NCBI RefSeq assembly: GCF_006345805.1
Contig: NC_042999.1
Span: forward strand, 89,900,001 to 89,964,000
From: Octopus sinensis
Lineage: Eukaryota
Direction of reading: 5' to 3'
Length of the DNA stretch: 64,000 nt
Part shown: one piece after another, positions 11,701 through 26,700 of the stretch
How positions within the stretch are numbered: the first letter of the stretch is position 1
How the letters are laid out: each line of letters starts with the position of its first letter
Position numbers and translations under genes: made by a program
The notes under the pieces: model-generated
What the model was told of the DNA's origin: nothing
Database searches by the model: none
Seen by the model: only the letters and a program-made list of their open reading frames with translations

Positions 11701-14700
11701 CCTAAATCCACCAACAAATTATTCTAAAATTCATCAACCTGTATTCTCTAAATGTCATCTTTCTAAAAGAGCCTTGAGTGAGACTATATCTTAATTGATA
11801 CGCATGCTGTTCAAAGGCTGATAAAATATACTCACCTTTATCATCCTTTTTGTCCTCTGTACCTCCACTGGTGCACTCTGAGCAGGACTTCTTGCAATTC
11901 TTCAACATATAAGCAGCATTAATCTTGCAATGGCCTGCTTTGGCCCAGACTGGACACATAGTGTTACTGTCGTCACACTTTTCCTCAACTATAAATAAAT
12001 GTAAGATATATTTTTGAAATAATGAAACTATTTAAAACCAATGATGCTGAAATTTCCATACAAATTTTTGCGGAGTTTATAATTTAATATTGTTGTTAGT
12101 AACACGTGTAACAAGATAGTTGTTGGTTGTCTACCAGCTGATTACTTTTCAGATACAGAGCCCCTTACCAGCTGCAAGGCAGGTTGTTTTTTTATATATT
12201 ATCATTTAACATCCCCTATTTCATGCTGAGATTTATTGGATAGTCTGAAAAGTACAGTCAAACCAAAAGACATGATTTCTACAGCTGGATGCCCTTCCTT
12301 ATGCCAACCACTTTACAAAGTGTGCTGAGAGCTTTTTACATGGTACCAGTAATCACAGGATAAGATCTCTCAAGTGAGTGAGTCTAGACCATAGGGAGAA
12401 ACTTAAACATTAATGAGATCACAAGGGTATGTAGTCACTCGATTTGTTAGAAACAGCAACCAAATCACCCTCAAATCACACTATGATGTCTTAAAAAGGA
12501 CAAGACACACTGGATAATTCTAGATACACTATGTCAGATAAAAATCTGTGCTACCCATGTCTGAAATGTTTTTGATCATAGATATGGTCACTTAAGACTG
12601 ACCTGGAGTGGAACAACAACAGCATTATTTAAATTACTCATTAAAAAAAGAAACTAAATTGTCCACATCAGACTCACAAAAACTGAATTCCAAAAACTTA
12701 CTAGAATTACAGAACAACATTCAATCTACTAAAAATAACAGCCAAATCTCCTTTAATCCTTTGTATACCAATGTGCTTTGACTACCCCTGATATTTTACT
12801 AAATTCATCATTTTCAAAATTAAGATAAATGTATTTCAATAGAAATATGGTAACAAAAAGGTTAAATAATGCACTACAATATTGAAAAGTTAAATCGAAT
12901 ACTGTATATGCAATAAATAAATTGGATAATATATATTGACCACTTAGGCATAGCTGTATGGTTAAAAAGCTTGCTTGCCAACCATGTGGTCTTGTGTACA
13001 GTTCTGTTGTATGGCACCTTGGGCAACTTCTACTATAGTCCAAGGCTTATTAATGTCTTGAGAGTGGTTCTGGTAGACAGAAACTAAAAGAATCCCATTG
13101 TGTGTGTATATATGTACCTTGTTTTGGCATCATTGATGATTAAATGAACATAATCTTCATGCAAGCCATGTTGTTCTTTTCTAGTCTTTGATGAAAACAT
13201 GTCTGGCAATGGAGAAATACTACCTTGTTTGGAAACAAGTGAGGATTGGTGACAGGAAGGGCATCAAGCTGCAGAAACTGTCTCAACTGCAAGCATGGAA
13301 AAGTGGAGGTTACACATAATATACATCCCCATCATTTTTTATGCAAAAACCAATGAAATAATTGGCCAGTCATAGAAGGAACACTTTTGGTCATAGGTCT
13401 ATTCTGTCAAACAACAACAATATGAACTGGTGACTTCTCCATCCTAAAAACCAGCATGCTGTTATATTAAACCTTTGTTACTTGTGAAGTCAACACAAAC
13501 TAAATTATTGCTTTACTCTTACCTTCTGTACCATTGCACTGCTTACAGGATAATTTACAGTGTACTAACATATACACAGGGTTTTTACTGCATTCTCCAA
13601 GTCCTGCCCAATATTTACAGTCTGTGTTATTATCTTTACAATCTGAAATAGAAATAGGAAAATAGTTTAGAAGGAATAAAAATGAACCAATGTGCTGTTG
13701 CAGTAAAGATAAATTTGTATTGAAAATATTTGAATATTTTTGTCCTTTATTAGTAGTTTGTTCAAATGTGATACTTTGATTTTATTCACAGTTAATGGAT
13801 TTTTTTTTATTTTCACTTTTCTTTTCTTTTTTTTTTTGAAACCATGAGCAGTTTGGTTTAGAAAGAAATGGATATGCAATGATGAGACATTCTTACATCA
13901 ACAGACATAATGAGAAATCAATAGCTTTAAACTATTCTACAATACTTGTACCACAAAACTGTCCCAAATTTAATATATAGGAAGAGATAAAACTGAGTTA
14001 ACAAGACTCCTGTTTCTTTTTATAATACTTATTGTATCCTTTAATTTAATTATCATTATTATAATTAGGAATGATAATTCTATCACATCTGAATTATCAA
14101 ATAAGCAGAAAAAAATTACTGGCAAGTCTAAAAGCAGGACAAGATAATTGCAGCAACTATCAGATATAATTGCTTATAGCTGCAATAACTATGTTTGAAT
14201 GTGAGGAATTCATAGAGTTTGTCCAAAATTTTAATTTTGTCCTTCAATTCCCATTAAAGTGTTGTATTAAAATCATCAAGATTAACATTAAGCATTATAG
14301 AGTGAAGAACATTGAAAACCAAGATAGTAAAGTCATTGCTTCTGTAAAGGACAACTTAGGAATATTAAATCAAATAGGACCTAGCGATTTTATTTGAAGT
14401 AAAATACATGGCCTTTAGTAATTTTTACCTATATGAGATTTGAGTTCAAGTTAGGGCTTCCTTGTTTAGCTTGAAAAAATAATCCATCTTATTGTTGAAA
14501 AATTCTTCACTTGTGTGCTTTAACCCAGAATTGACCCTCCCCCGCATAATGTATTTTCAAATATTCCTTTCTGAGAAACTAATCTTTCATTCTCTATTTC
14601 TTTCCTGGCCAGACTACATTCAGTATTTCAACTTCACTCTGGAAAGCCATGGTTTTAATTATATAGAATCCTTTCTCTCTATTTACCTCCCTTCAAGCTG

Positions 14701-17700
14701 GATATTAGCAACTGGATTACCAGCTAATTTGATTAAAAATCTCTTTGCTCCTCAATCTTCTAAAGTCATATTCTGTCTCTTCTGTTCATCAAACAACCAA
14801 CTACCAGCAACTGTGACTATTTATCATTCTGTTTTGTAGACATTTGTTTCAATTTGCCTCTTTTTAAAATCATTAACCTTAGTGATTTTAATACATACAA
14901 CTACTTTTACTTAACTCTTCCTTCTGAGCCACATACACACTGCTGTTACAAGCTGAATCACTTTTTTGAACTGCCTCCTCCATTAATATCCTCATTTAAA
15001 TATACATACCCTGATCAAGGTATTACTTCAACACCTTATATAAACAACAAACTCTTTCCACAATCCCTGCATATCCATCTGATAGTCTGATTTCTGTCTA
15101 ATCAAGGAAGTACAGCTTATAAAGCCCTGCCCCACAAATTCTCATATTTCAAATCTGCAAAATTGTCAAAGTTATGCTGATTATCTTTGGCAGTAAAGCT
15201 GTTTTACGTCTCACCTATTGAAGACAGTCAAGTGGTTGACTGATGCTAATCTCCATAGGTGGGGTTTCCACATCTGTCACATGACCAAAGACTTTCAAAT
15301 TTCAAAACTCAAGTGGTTCATTCAGAGCAATAAAAATAACAAATACTGTTTACAACACTATGTGTGTGTCACCAACCATTCCCAATGGGGAGGAGCTCAC
15401 ATATTCTGACATGCATGTGAAACAACTTTCAGCAAAGCAAAAAATGTCTTCATAAATCACATTCCCTGCAAACACTAAATTATAACAGAGTCTTCTGATC
15501 TCTTGCCAAAAGAGTCTCACCTAACTCTGCAGAATCCTCTTTACTTCCCATTCTCTATTCAAGATGGCTGTGCTTCTACTGCTAAAAATTTACACAATTA
15601 CTACTTGTTTAGTCTCCCTTTCTATGGTCTACATTCACACATACGCTCATGCATGCATGCACACAAAATAGAAAGAGCAACAAAACTCTTGCATTTTCTT
15701 CCTATATTCCAACTATCCTCCATCACACACTCAAAGCAAACACAGCACTCAAGATACTTCAGACTTTTTCCATTTGTATGGATGTCACAAACTAAGGAAA
15801 ACATAATGATGTGTCCCATCCCCTTACAAACACAACCTCTCTAACCCTGCTAACTAATAACCTATTGCATTCAAAATCTCAAAGAAAATAGGGAGTATCA
15901 TGAACAATACAATATCTCTTTATTTTTGGCCTCACCCTTTTGAATAATATTTTCACTTAGATCTGAAGCTACACAGGTTTCATTAAGTGGATTGTCATTA
16001 TTACATAAGCCAGTTGGCTCTATTGCATAATATCATCCACTCGCTACTTTTGCATTATCAACAAAAATGCAATGTTGAGAAATAAGCATGATCCCAGTGT
16101 ACAAATTAGGTGTCAGATAGTTGGTTTCAAAGAATCAAGTGTGTTGGAGTATGAGTTGTGACTGTGGGGAAAAGGAATGGTAAAGTAAATATAGGAAGGA
16201 TCTGAGGCCATGCTCAACCTCATGTACATCCAGATAGATCCATGCACACACTCACATCGGCACACATATATACACAGTAGAAAGGAAAAGAGGAGAATAA
16301 AATGCCTCAGAGATAATGTAACATCAGTAACAAGAACAACATCCATCACAACAATAATAATAAAATCAAAAACATTCAGTGGCATACATCAGCATGCGAA
16401 AGTGCAATGATAATCACCGTTGACAGCTATATAGTATCTGGGTCAAAGTATTTTAGTTTTGGCAGACAATGGATTCTGTTTATCTATATTAATAAAAGTG
16501 AAATTCTGTCTGCCTGAGACCCCTGTACCTCAGTCTACATTTGCTCTACATATTATACCTTTTGAGAATCAAAATGATCCCAAGATTTAAAATCCGCCCT
16601 TCATTTGGTTCTTGAACATCCAGCATTGGGTTCTGATTGAAAAGCATTTGGGTTGCTATTTTTAGCAGGTAAAGTTAGTGTGAGAGGTTCAAGAGTTACC
16701 TCCCTTAACTTAATGTTTTACTAACGAATTTAGTGGTTCTTTTATTATTTTAATTGAACAAATCGATACCAGCTCTTGCTTTTTTATGCCTGGTACTTTT
16801 TTATTGGACTCTTTTACTGAACTGCTAAGTTACATGAATGTAAACACAGCAATACCAGTTATCAAGCAGTGGTAGGGGACAAACACAGACACAAAATCAC
16901 AATACACACACACACACACAAATATCATCAATTCCAATTTTAAAAGAACTCCAAGAATTTGTGAAGCTACAAGTTTTTCATTTAAACTGACTTTAAAGAA
17001 ATACTGTATTGGTAGGGTACCAATAAATACTTTATTACTATTGCTCTCTTTAGTTTTGGGCCACAGGCCCAATTAGCCCTCCTCAGGAACTAGCCTAAAA
17101 GTGTGCTCACAGAGTGTGGCTTTTAAGCTAGTTCATAATGTATTCCAAAGCAAGTCAGCCATCACATTCATATACACACTTGCACACACATATCCGTAAC
17201 CACACAAATATGTGTAGATGTCCACAAACACCTGTACATTAACATAACCATATACATACACACAATCAAATTACATAGCAACCAGCTGCCTTCTGATGTC
17301 ACCGAACACATGTACTCAGCTACATCCATATAAGATTACAATGTGTGTATGGCTATATTTGCAAATGTTTGCATATGTAATAATAAATTATCTAAGTGCA
17401 ATATGCTAGTCAATAAAATACTGCATGTTTTCAGATGTACTTAATCTATTGTTATATGGCATCAACAGTGTATTTGTGCAAGACATTTCATGTTTGGCCA
17501 ATATTGCTCCAGGTGTTGCAGACCTTGGAATAGTCAATATTCAAGCTGGCAGGTATATTACTGTGAATATATGTATGCTGGTGCAAGTGTATATGAATGC
17601 ATGTACATCTGCCTGAATGAGTAAAGGGATAGGTTATTCCTCTCTCACACCCACAGTTCTGCTTATACTAACTATATGGCTCATATTTTGTATTCTAAGG

Positions 17701-20700
17701 CATATTTCTTCACATTTAATTTTTCTATCATAATGTTGAAAAAGTGAGTGGATGGTATTACGTATCACTCAACCAGCTTACATAACAACAACAATCCACT
17801 TATAAATACCAGTTATGTTTTCTGTATTATCATTTCCTTGGATTCATTAGACCGTGTTAACCAATCCAACCCATGCTAGCATGGAACATGGACATTAAAT
17901 GATGATGATCTCACTTTCTATATCTCTCTTTCCAAATCTCACTTGTTCTTCAAAAAGCATTATTATTTCTGTATTATTTCCATTATTATTATTAGAAGGA
18001 TTTCACCAAGGTCATGTTTGCCTTTCTTCCTTTCAAGATCAATATAATAAGCACCAGTCAAGTACTGGGGTTGGTGAAATCAACTAGCCCACCTCCAAAA
18101 TTTGAAGCCTTGTGCATATATTAGAAAAGATTAATATTATTATTATCGTTGTTGTTGTTGTTGTTATTGGATGAGTGGGGTGTGAGTGATGATATTTTCA
18201 ATTCACTAGGCTTAATCAAACAGACTGAAAAATTATTTTACTTTACCTTCGACCGTTTCATTTTTTCCACCTTTGCATTTATCACAGGATTTTTTACAGT
18301 TAGTTAACATGTATACAGGATTCAGTTTACACTCGTTCATCTGAGCCCATACCGCACATGACCTATGGTTGTCTCTACAAACTGTAATCAAAATGAAAAA
18401 AAAATTATTTATGCTGAGACATTTTCCTTTATATACAGCTTCTTCAGCTGATAAGATGCCTGTCTATCATCACAATGTGACTTTGGCAAATGAGTAAAGA
18501 GATGTGACTCTCTTGGAGTTAACAGATGTAAACAACAAATATTTATATTGTTGAAAATTATTTCATTACACTTGCAGTATTAAACATGAATCTTCCAATG
18601 AGCAACATTGCTATGCACTAGTTCTTGAGTAAAGTTATTCTTAGCTACTTAGTGCCTCAGAAGCTTAGATAAAATTCAGTTAATATCAGTAGTTATTTCA
18701 ACATTAAAGAATTGACTTACTCTTTTCTTCTGTAGGTTCAGTTACACCTCCATCACCACTTGTATCTGTAATAATCAATCGTAACAAAACTTGTTATACA
18801 ACCAAAAACAAACAAATTTCATTGTACAGAGCCACCTGGATTGTTCATCCCTAATATCTCTCTGCAGCTCCTACTGATCATCCTCATCCTCCCTACTAAA
18901 CATGAGTAACCAGACAATTCTACTACAAGAGCCCACTTCTCTCATAATTTAACCCTTTGACCCCCAGCATAAAGTCAACACCCCACTCTCTTATTCTTGG
19001 ATAGTGGATTGCATGAAACTATTTAGTTTAGCCAATAACATTATTCTTCAGGTGTATGCACATGAGACTGAACTGATAACATAAGAAGAGAGACCTGGAG
19101 GCATTCAAATAAGGAGGATCTGCTAACATGATAGTACATCATTGGTATTGTATATATATTGTACATGATAGCAGTGACATTGCTGTCAGGGGTTGGATAT
19201 GAACTGGAATTGAAACAATTTAGAATCAACATAAATTTGTTTCTCATAGACAATATTAACCAGTCTGGTTAGAGTGAAAAAACTAGGTAATTTAATTAAA
19301 ACTGTCCATTTATTTAGCAAAGACATAGGAATAGAATTTGGGATAAAGTGTAGTATAACTTAAGAGAAAATAAGATGTCTGTATATGTGATAGTGTAATA
19401 CGATGGTGAAGTAATGAAGGATATGGGGGGGGGGGACAAGGTTAAAAAAATTAACCAGAAGAAACATGATATTAACAAATATATGGAATGAGATATGAAG
19501 CAGGAATATTCAACTGGAATAGGGGAGAATTCCTGAAGTTTGACAGTTGTAGAAACTCATGACAATGGAGCATTCCACCTTAAAAGTTTGTTAATAGGCT
19601 TTATGTATTCAGGGAAAATGGAGGAAAAGATGTGATTAGTTACTGGAAACGTAGAGGTAAGAAAATAATCTAGAATGATATGTAGTTAATCTGCATTGAC
19701 GAATCAGAGCTCCAGTACTATGACATGATTAGAATGATACAGAAAAAGAATCACAACACAGACTCTTCAAGCTGAGCTAAGCAATAGAAGACCAACGGGA
19801 AGACCAAGAATGAGATAATTGCAGAATATTTATAGTCGCAGTCGAATATGTTTGGGAATCCATCCACAAAGTCTAATGACTGCTGCTTCTGATAGGACCC
19901 TATTGAGGAGATGTCTGAGGGCTCTACTCACACAACCTTTCAGGATTAGTGGACAGGGAGGCTGGGTGAATTATTTGGGCTGTGTAAAAGTCTCTGATTT
20001 GATAAAATTACACTGATAAGGCTGAATGTAAGAGGATTAGAAGACAGGAAAAGCAGACATATCACAATGGAGACGTAGTGTGCAGACAGTTAATGAGAGA
20101 TGTGGGTAATAGTGTGACTAGATAAGGGGCATGAGACTGGTTGTAAAAATCAGATCTAAAAGTTGGAACTGAAGGGTTAATCTTGCAGTACAAGAAAAGA
20201 TACAAGAAGGGTTAATCTTGCAGTACAAATTTTGTCATTAATATTGAATTGTTCATATGTAAACTTTGCGATCAAAAAAGTGAAACCATTAAGCATGTAA
20301 TGAGTGGATATAGTAAACATGTACAAAGGGAATACAAAAGGTTGCACAATAATATATTGTACATATCGTTCATTTGAAAGTATGTAAAAATATAATATTA
20401 ACGACGGAAGCAGTATTAATACCGAATGGCAACCCTTATATCCTACTTAACATAGTTGTATTATTAGAACGTCGTATACTGCGGTATTCGCCTTGAGAGA
20501 TTCTCTCATATAGACGTACGGCGCTGAAAGCACAGACATATCGTTACCAAAAGACTCGTTTGACATAGGCACTGAAACTGCTGGATCACATTCCTGCGTA
20601 CATGTACTTCCTCTGTGACAGACTTCTGCCCGCCGTATGCAAGCCAAATATCCCTGCCAGATGATCCCAGTCTGCTAACAATATATGTCTCTGATCTTAG

Positions 20701-23700
20701 CACTACACATTTATATGAGAGTCTCTTTCAAGGCCAAATCTGTAATATATGGCATTCTAATGATATACCTACGTTATGTAAAAATATAATTTAGACAAGG
20801 CAAATAGGTGGCACGATTATCAGCATAATACAATGTAAGAAAATAAGAATTTAAAATGCTGTGGGATCCCAGCATTCAACGTAAGTGATTAAGAAAATGC
20901 CAAATATTATCATCAACAAAGCAATAAAACACTACACAATAATGTATAAAGCATCTCCGATGAGAACAGAATGTATATGAAAGAATAAGAAATATCAAGA
21001 TATACCAAGATGTGGAAAGACAAGTCACAAGAGTGGAATATGACAAAAGTTGAAACTGCACCATTGATAACAGATACACATGATACAGTGATAAAGAAAA
21101 CTAAATTATAGTTGAAGACTAGAATTGAAATTTGAACAGAACTGTCAAAGAAAACTACATTAGTAGGAACTGCAAAGAACCTAAAGAAGCATAAAAACAA
21201 AGCTGAACTTGGTAGGATGTGAAACCAGAACGTCAAGAGTCAGAAAAAGTACTTCACTGGTACTTTATCTACCTAAGAGAAATGAAAGGCAAAGCTGACT
21301 TCAGCTGGGTTTGAACTCAAACGGTAAAAAGCCAGATGAAATACCACAAGGCATTGTTCCTAACACTAGCGATTCTACCAAATAATAACTCATTACTTGT
21401 AAAGCACATACCTGAACATTTTCGTATAGACTTCTTTGAGTCTGCGCAGTAACATTCACAGTCCTTTGCCACAAAACCATTTCTGGGACAAGACTTTTTC
21501 GGACAATTTCCTAGAAATATATAAAGAATTCCTTGTACTTTTGTTCGTACAACTATACATAAGAAGAAATAATAAGATATAATAAGTACTAGGCCTACAA
21601 AGAATAAGTCCTGGGGTCGATTTGCTCGACTAAAGGCGGTGCTCCAGCATGGCCACAGTCAAATGACAAACAAGTAAAAGAGTAAAAGAGAGAGAGTAAT
21701 ACGTTTTTATGAGCTACTATTAGTTTCATACAGTATTTTAACACCTCTGGTGTCTCGGTGCAATCTTCAGGATATATGTATCCCGGTGCGTCTACTTTTT
21801 TACTTTTGTCATCTCTCTCCCCTGTGTTTCCCCTCTCATACTTCATGTCTCAAATATTTGTATGTCAGTCCTCATTTCAATTCATTTCCAGCCCGTATTT
21901 TCACAAGTCAACCACCAGCAGAACACCAGCCAAGGAGGGAATGTCAAATACTTGACCTATTTGTAAAAGCACACAAATTTCCATCAAATCGCAACCAATC
22001 GTCTTTTTAAAAAAAAAATGTTTGAACGGCTGAATCGCTTTTGAAGATTTCCGTCAGAACTCCTCTGAGGTGTAAATAACAACTGTAGTACACAAAAATC
22101 CAGGCAGATCAACTGCAACCATTTCATCGGACTGGGAATGGCTTGCAAATGTCATGAATGCAGCCCTCCTTTCCTTCGGTTAAATCATACAAATCATCGC
22201 ACACAAAAGAAATATCAATGGGAACCAATTTACTCACCTGAACATTTATACATTGTGTTGACAAGTTTAACGTCATTAAAACTAAGAATTTTAGCTTTTC
22301 CAATAATATCCTGATAACGTTTATCTTTAGTTTTAATAGTCCTTTCTCCATTCACAGAGAATTCCTACAAATATATATAAGAACATGTATAATAACAATT
22401 TCTGATATAAGAAAGTAAAGAGTTTGACAGACACTGCAAACCATTTTGTGCGACATTCTAACGATTAGAGCCGTGGATTGACAGAATCGTTAGAACGTTG
22501 CAGTATTTGTTTTAGCTCTTTATGTTCCGAGTTTAAAACCCGGGTGAACTCTGCATTTCATCTCTCTGGCGTCAATGAAACAAAATACTGGTCAAGTACT
22601 GGGATCAACTTCATTGACTAACCTCCTCGAATTCCGAGCCTTATGCTAATATTAGAAATATAAGAAAGTAGTAGGTCAGGGGAATAGCTAGTACTCCAGA
22701 TAAAATGCCTTGTGGTATTTATCTCGGCTCTTTACGTTCAGAGTTCAAATTTTGCCGAGGTCAACTTTGTCTTTCATACATCTGGGGTCGATAAAATAAC
22801 GGACGAGTCAAGTATGAAACTGATATCGACTGACCCATCTCCTCAAATTTGTTAACCGTGTGCCTAAATCAGAAACCATAGGTGGTGGTGGCGGCGGCAG
22901 TGGTGGTGGTGGTGGCGGCGGCGGCGGTGGTGGTGGTAGTAGAGCTGGAAGAATCGTTAGCACGCCGGACAAAATGTTTAGCGACATTTCTTCCAACTTC
23001 ACGATCTGAGTTCAAATTCCGCCGATGTTGACTTCGCTTTTCATCCTTACGGATCCGATAAAATAAAAACCAGCTAAGCACTGGGGTCGATGTAATCATC
23101 TAGCCCCGTACTCACAAAAACATTTTCAGGCTTTGTGCCTCGAGTAAAATTATTATTAGTGCCCCCAAGTCCGTTCCTTCACTTATGAAACAGAAACGCA
23201 TACAAACATGTTAGAAAACATGTCACAGCAAGAGAAAAGTTTCATAAAAAATGAGGCGCGAAGTAAAGCCATTATACAATTGACTGCGACGTACGGAAAA
23301 TGTTTTATTTTTAAAATAGTGCATTTAAATGAATAAACATTGTAGCCAGAGTATTCAACAATCACCCGTTGTCACAATTCGCTGGAATGTTACCCACGTG
23401 ACAAAGAAAATTTGACCAATAACGATTTGACATGGCATGAATATTACCCACGTGATAACAAAATCTGACCAAGTACGACTCCACGTAGAATAGACTCTAG
23501 CGGTAATTTCGACTTTTGGCGCACTCCTTTCTGAGCCCTTCAATCAATAAAAAATCGATACACACGCAACTACCAGACAGAGAGTATGAGACGACATGGT
23601 AGATGGCTGGACCGAGTTAACTTCAAAATAATGAACTACCGGTGACAGCAAAACAACGACTAGCAGTTAACTTTTTAAATACTACAATTACACTAAGATC

Positions 23701-26700
23701 AGTAACATCCAAACTTTCGATGTTTGTCGTTCGTAGTAACAACAGTATTTGTCTTTTGCTTGCACACGAAAAGAATAAAAGTTTGTTGTCAAAGATCTCA
23801 ATAGATTTCGTCGTCGTCTTCCATGTACAATTGGAATTTTTTAAAACTAGTATACTTACGTAGGAGCCATAATGCATTATACTTCTATAGTCGTAGTTAA
23901 TATCATACATGTTCATAGCTCTGTTCGTTCGTTTCTCAAAATTGTAGAAAAGTCTGTCGATGACGTTTTCTTTTATGATGGAAACATAGTTATCACGGTC
24001 GATTCGGGTCTGCTCATGGAAAAGGCCGATAGCATGACCAAGTTCATGCAATATAATGGTTTTCTGTGATGGAAAAGAAAACAGAACGTTAGTTTAGTTG
24101 CATAAATAAAATGAGCAAAAGCTAAACCAAGCATGCAGATGTAGGAGAGCACCGCTAAAGTCTAGTTTATTTTGATGATGAAAATTCATCAGTTTTTTTT
24201 TTCCTTCTGACAATTTTCTATGCATTTATAACAAAACTATCATCTTTTTGTGATCCAACAGAGGAGACTGTACAAGGTTGTTCGACCAGGTAGAAATAGC
24301 TATCAAATGTCTTTCGAAACACATCTCACCATCTTATAAAATCATGTAATCAGTTGTAAAAGTGTAATTTTGTATAAAAATGTCCTCCGAAGAAAACATA
24401 TACATCAGTTTTAAAACAAGAAGCTAACTGAAGTTGCAGAGTAGAAAAGTAACTGTTGCGTGCATGAAGAGAATTTTGTGTTTCGGAGAAAATGGCGAGA
24501 GGCTGGAGAAAGATATCAAACGAACTTCAGACAATACCGAATCGAAAATGTGTTCATTGCTGGAAACCGAAGTGTTTACAATTGAAAAATATTGCTGAGT
24601 GGGCACTTGAAAATTCTCGAATTGTGTTGATGATGTATCCCTCTAAATCCATGCGCAAAAACAAGCATATTAGAATAAAATTTAGGATTTTAAAGCAAGT
24701 GATAGATGGTGCACTAAGTTTATGAGATGATATGATTTATTACATTTGCAGAAAACTAAGATTGCAAAAAAGCTGCTGGCTGATCTCAATTTTATGATAT
24801 TACAGTTTTGCTATTTTTTACAAGAAATCAGCGGAAGAAAGATTACAAGTTATCATGTATTGGACACACGGATGAAATGCCTACTTCTTTTGTTATGCAG
24901 AGATTTGAACCAAAAAGACAAAACAAGTGTACTTTCTCAGCAAAACGTTCTAAGCTAAAACCAATGGTTGTTTTAAGAGAAAAACTCCATAAAAGGAGAA
25001 ATTTCGAAAAGGAATTGTCTCTCACGGGCATCCAAAAGGATGGATGTAGAAAAGGGATTAAGGAAGTTTAGAATTGACGATCTTGTGGACTACAATATGA
25101 AAAGAGTTTCCTAATCTAGGACCCTTTTAAAACATATCTGGTGAAAAACGTTGATAATCTCTGATCGCATAACACTAACAAAGCTGTAATTCCCAGCGGA
25201 CTTACATGGAAGAATGCAATATGCAGGCCCCATTACTGTTTTGTTTTTTTTTTCCTCTGAATAGATCATTGATTCACAAAGGGCAATAAGATCTGTCACA
25301 ATTCTCAAATCGTTCGAGATAATGTAGTGTTTTGAAATGGATGGTGCAGAAGATCATGGAATGACATAGATGATGTAGATGACGTGCTGTCTCTGACTAT
25401 GAAAAGTTTAAGTGAAGATGATCCTTGTGATAATAGCATTCATTCTAGTAATTAAGAAGCTTTATTCAGTGTTGAAGATGATTTGCAGTGTGCTTAATCA
25501 AGATTTAAATTAACTTTTGCGTGTGAAATTTCTAATATGTATACTAAATTTCTACTTCACTTTTTGTATGGATAAATAAAGGTTTACTGATTTTTTTTTT
25601 TTTTGGTTTCCATCGCCATCGTTTATTTTTGTTTGTTTTATATTTTATGATTTTTAAACTACATTGAATTTATTAAAAATTAAAGTATAACAAAGAAAAT
25701 GGAAGTCCTTAATCCAGCGATTAAGGACTTCCAACGTTTTCGATGGAGATTCCTGTTTGTATGAAGAATGTGTTGTGCTTCTACATCTCTTATTATAATC
25801 TCTTATAAATGCTGATATTTAAAACTTCAATCTGAATTGAATGAATTAGAAAGAAAAAAAAAACGAAGAACTGATATAATGTCCCTGTGATGGATGTGAG
25901 TTTAACAACGAAATTGAAGATGTGGTTGTAGAATTATGTGTGAAACACATCGACATTGTGTATATTATAATGGTACTTTAGTGGTACGATACAAATATTT
26001 GTTGTAAAATCATTTCATTAACCTATATCTTTATTGTTTTTAGTATAAGGAATGCGATCAAAAGTGCGATTGTAAATATTTAAACGTATGTGGCTTTATT
26101 ACTGGTTGTTGTTACTTAGTAGGACGTGTTTTGATGCGTAAAATCGGTATTATTACTGTAATTCATTATATATGAAATATTAAATCTTTGAGCGAGAAGT
26201 AAACAATAGCAGTCCGGAATCGTAAAATATAATTGCCAACTAAATGTGGCGGTCTCATAGTGCACGATGCTACTGTTGTTTTTAGCCCCAGGAGGACATC
26301 TCCTCCAACTGGCTAACGACACACTGTCTGTGTCCGATTAGTATTTGCGAGAGGAAATCATCGTTCCCATCTCTAGCCTTACGTGATACACTCAGACCCG
26401 GGTTTCTGAGTAGTAACCCGTCTGCAGTGTGTGATAATCACGAGCTAGTGATGAAAACTTATTCCACACGCAAAATACTATATGCTTTTTCCAGTGACAA
26501 ACTGTCGCTGATCTTGAAAAAGGAGAAATAGGCAATATTAACTCTCTGAGCGGAAATGAGTTTTCATCACTAGCTCGTGATTATCACACACTGGTAACGG
26601 GTTACTATTCAGAAACCCGGGTCTGTGTGTATCACGTAAGGCTAGAGATGGGAACGATGATTTCCTCTCGCAAATACTAATCGAACATAGCGTGTCGTTA

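Larger units (their letters stand above)
9079..12398. repeat. Tandem segmental duplication (~1.3 kb; ~9079-10398 and ~11109-12398) containing a ShKT exon
   Basis: Long near-identical runs at ~2030-bp offset, e.g. cagcactcaagaaaa..., ggataagatctctcaagtgag. Confidence 0.95.

Noticed and set aside
16483-16730. Helitron-like 5' start (a|tctatattaataaaagtg)
   Set aside because: No matching hairpin-CTAG 3' end identified
17433-17552. Plus-strand exon-like stretch (DVLNLLLYGINSVFVQDISCLANIAPGVADLGIVNIQAG) considered as a displaced TTC21B exon or a malate-dehydrogenase-like piece
   Set aside because: Only a few scattered residues match either protein, and no partner exons were found
20447-20703. 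CpG-rich segment with a possible integrase zinc-binding (H..GG...C..C) remnant
   Set aside because: Similarity too weak and broken to assign; probably transposon debris
22808-23099. Poly-Pro and poly-Thr/Ala ORFs
   Set aside because: Translations of a (GGT/GGC)n microsatellite joined to a SINE
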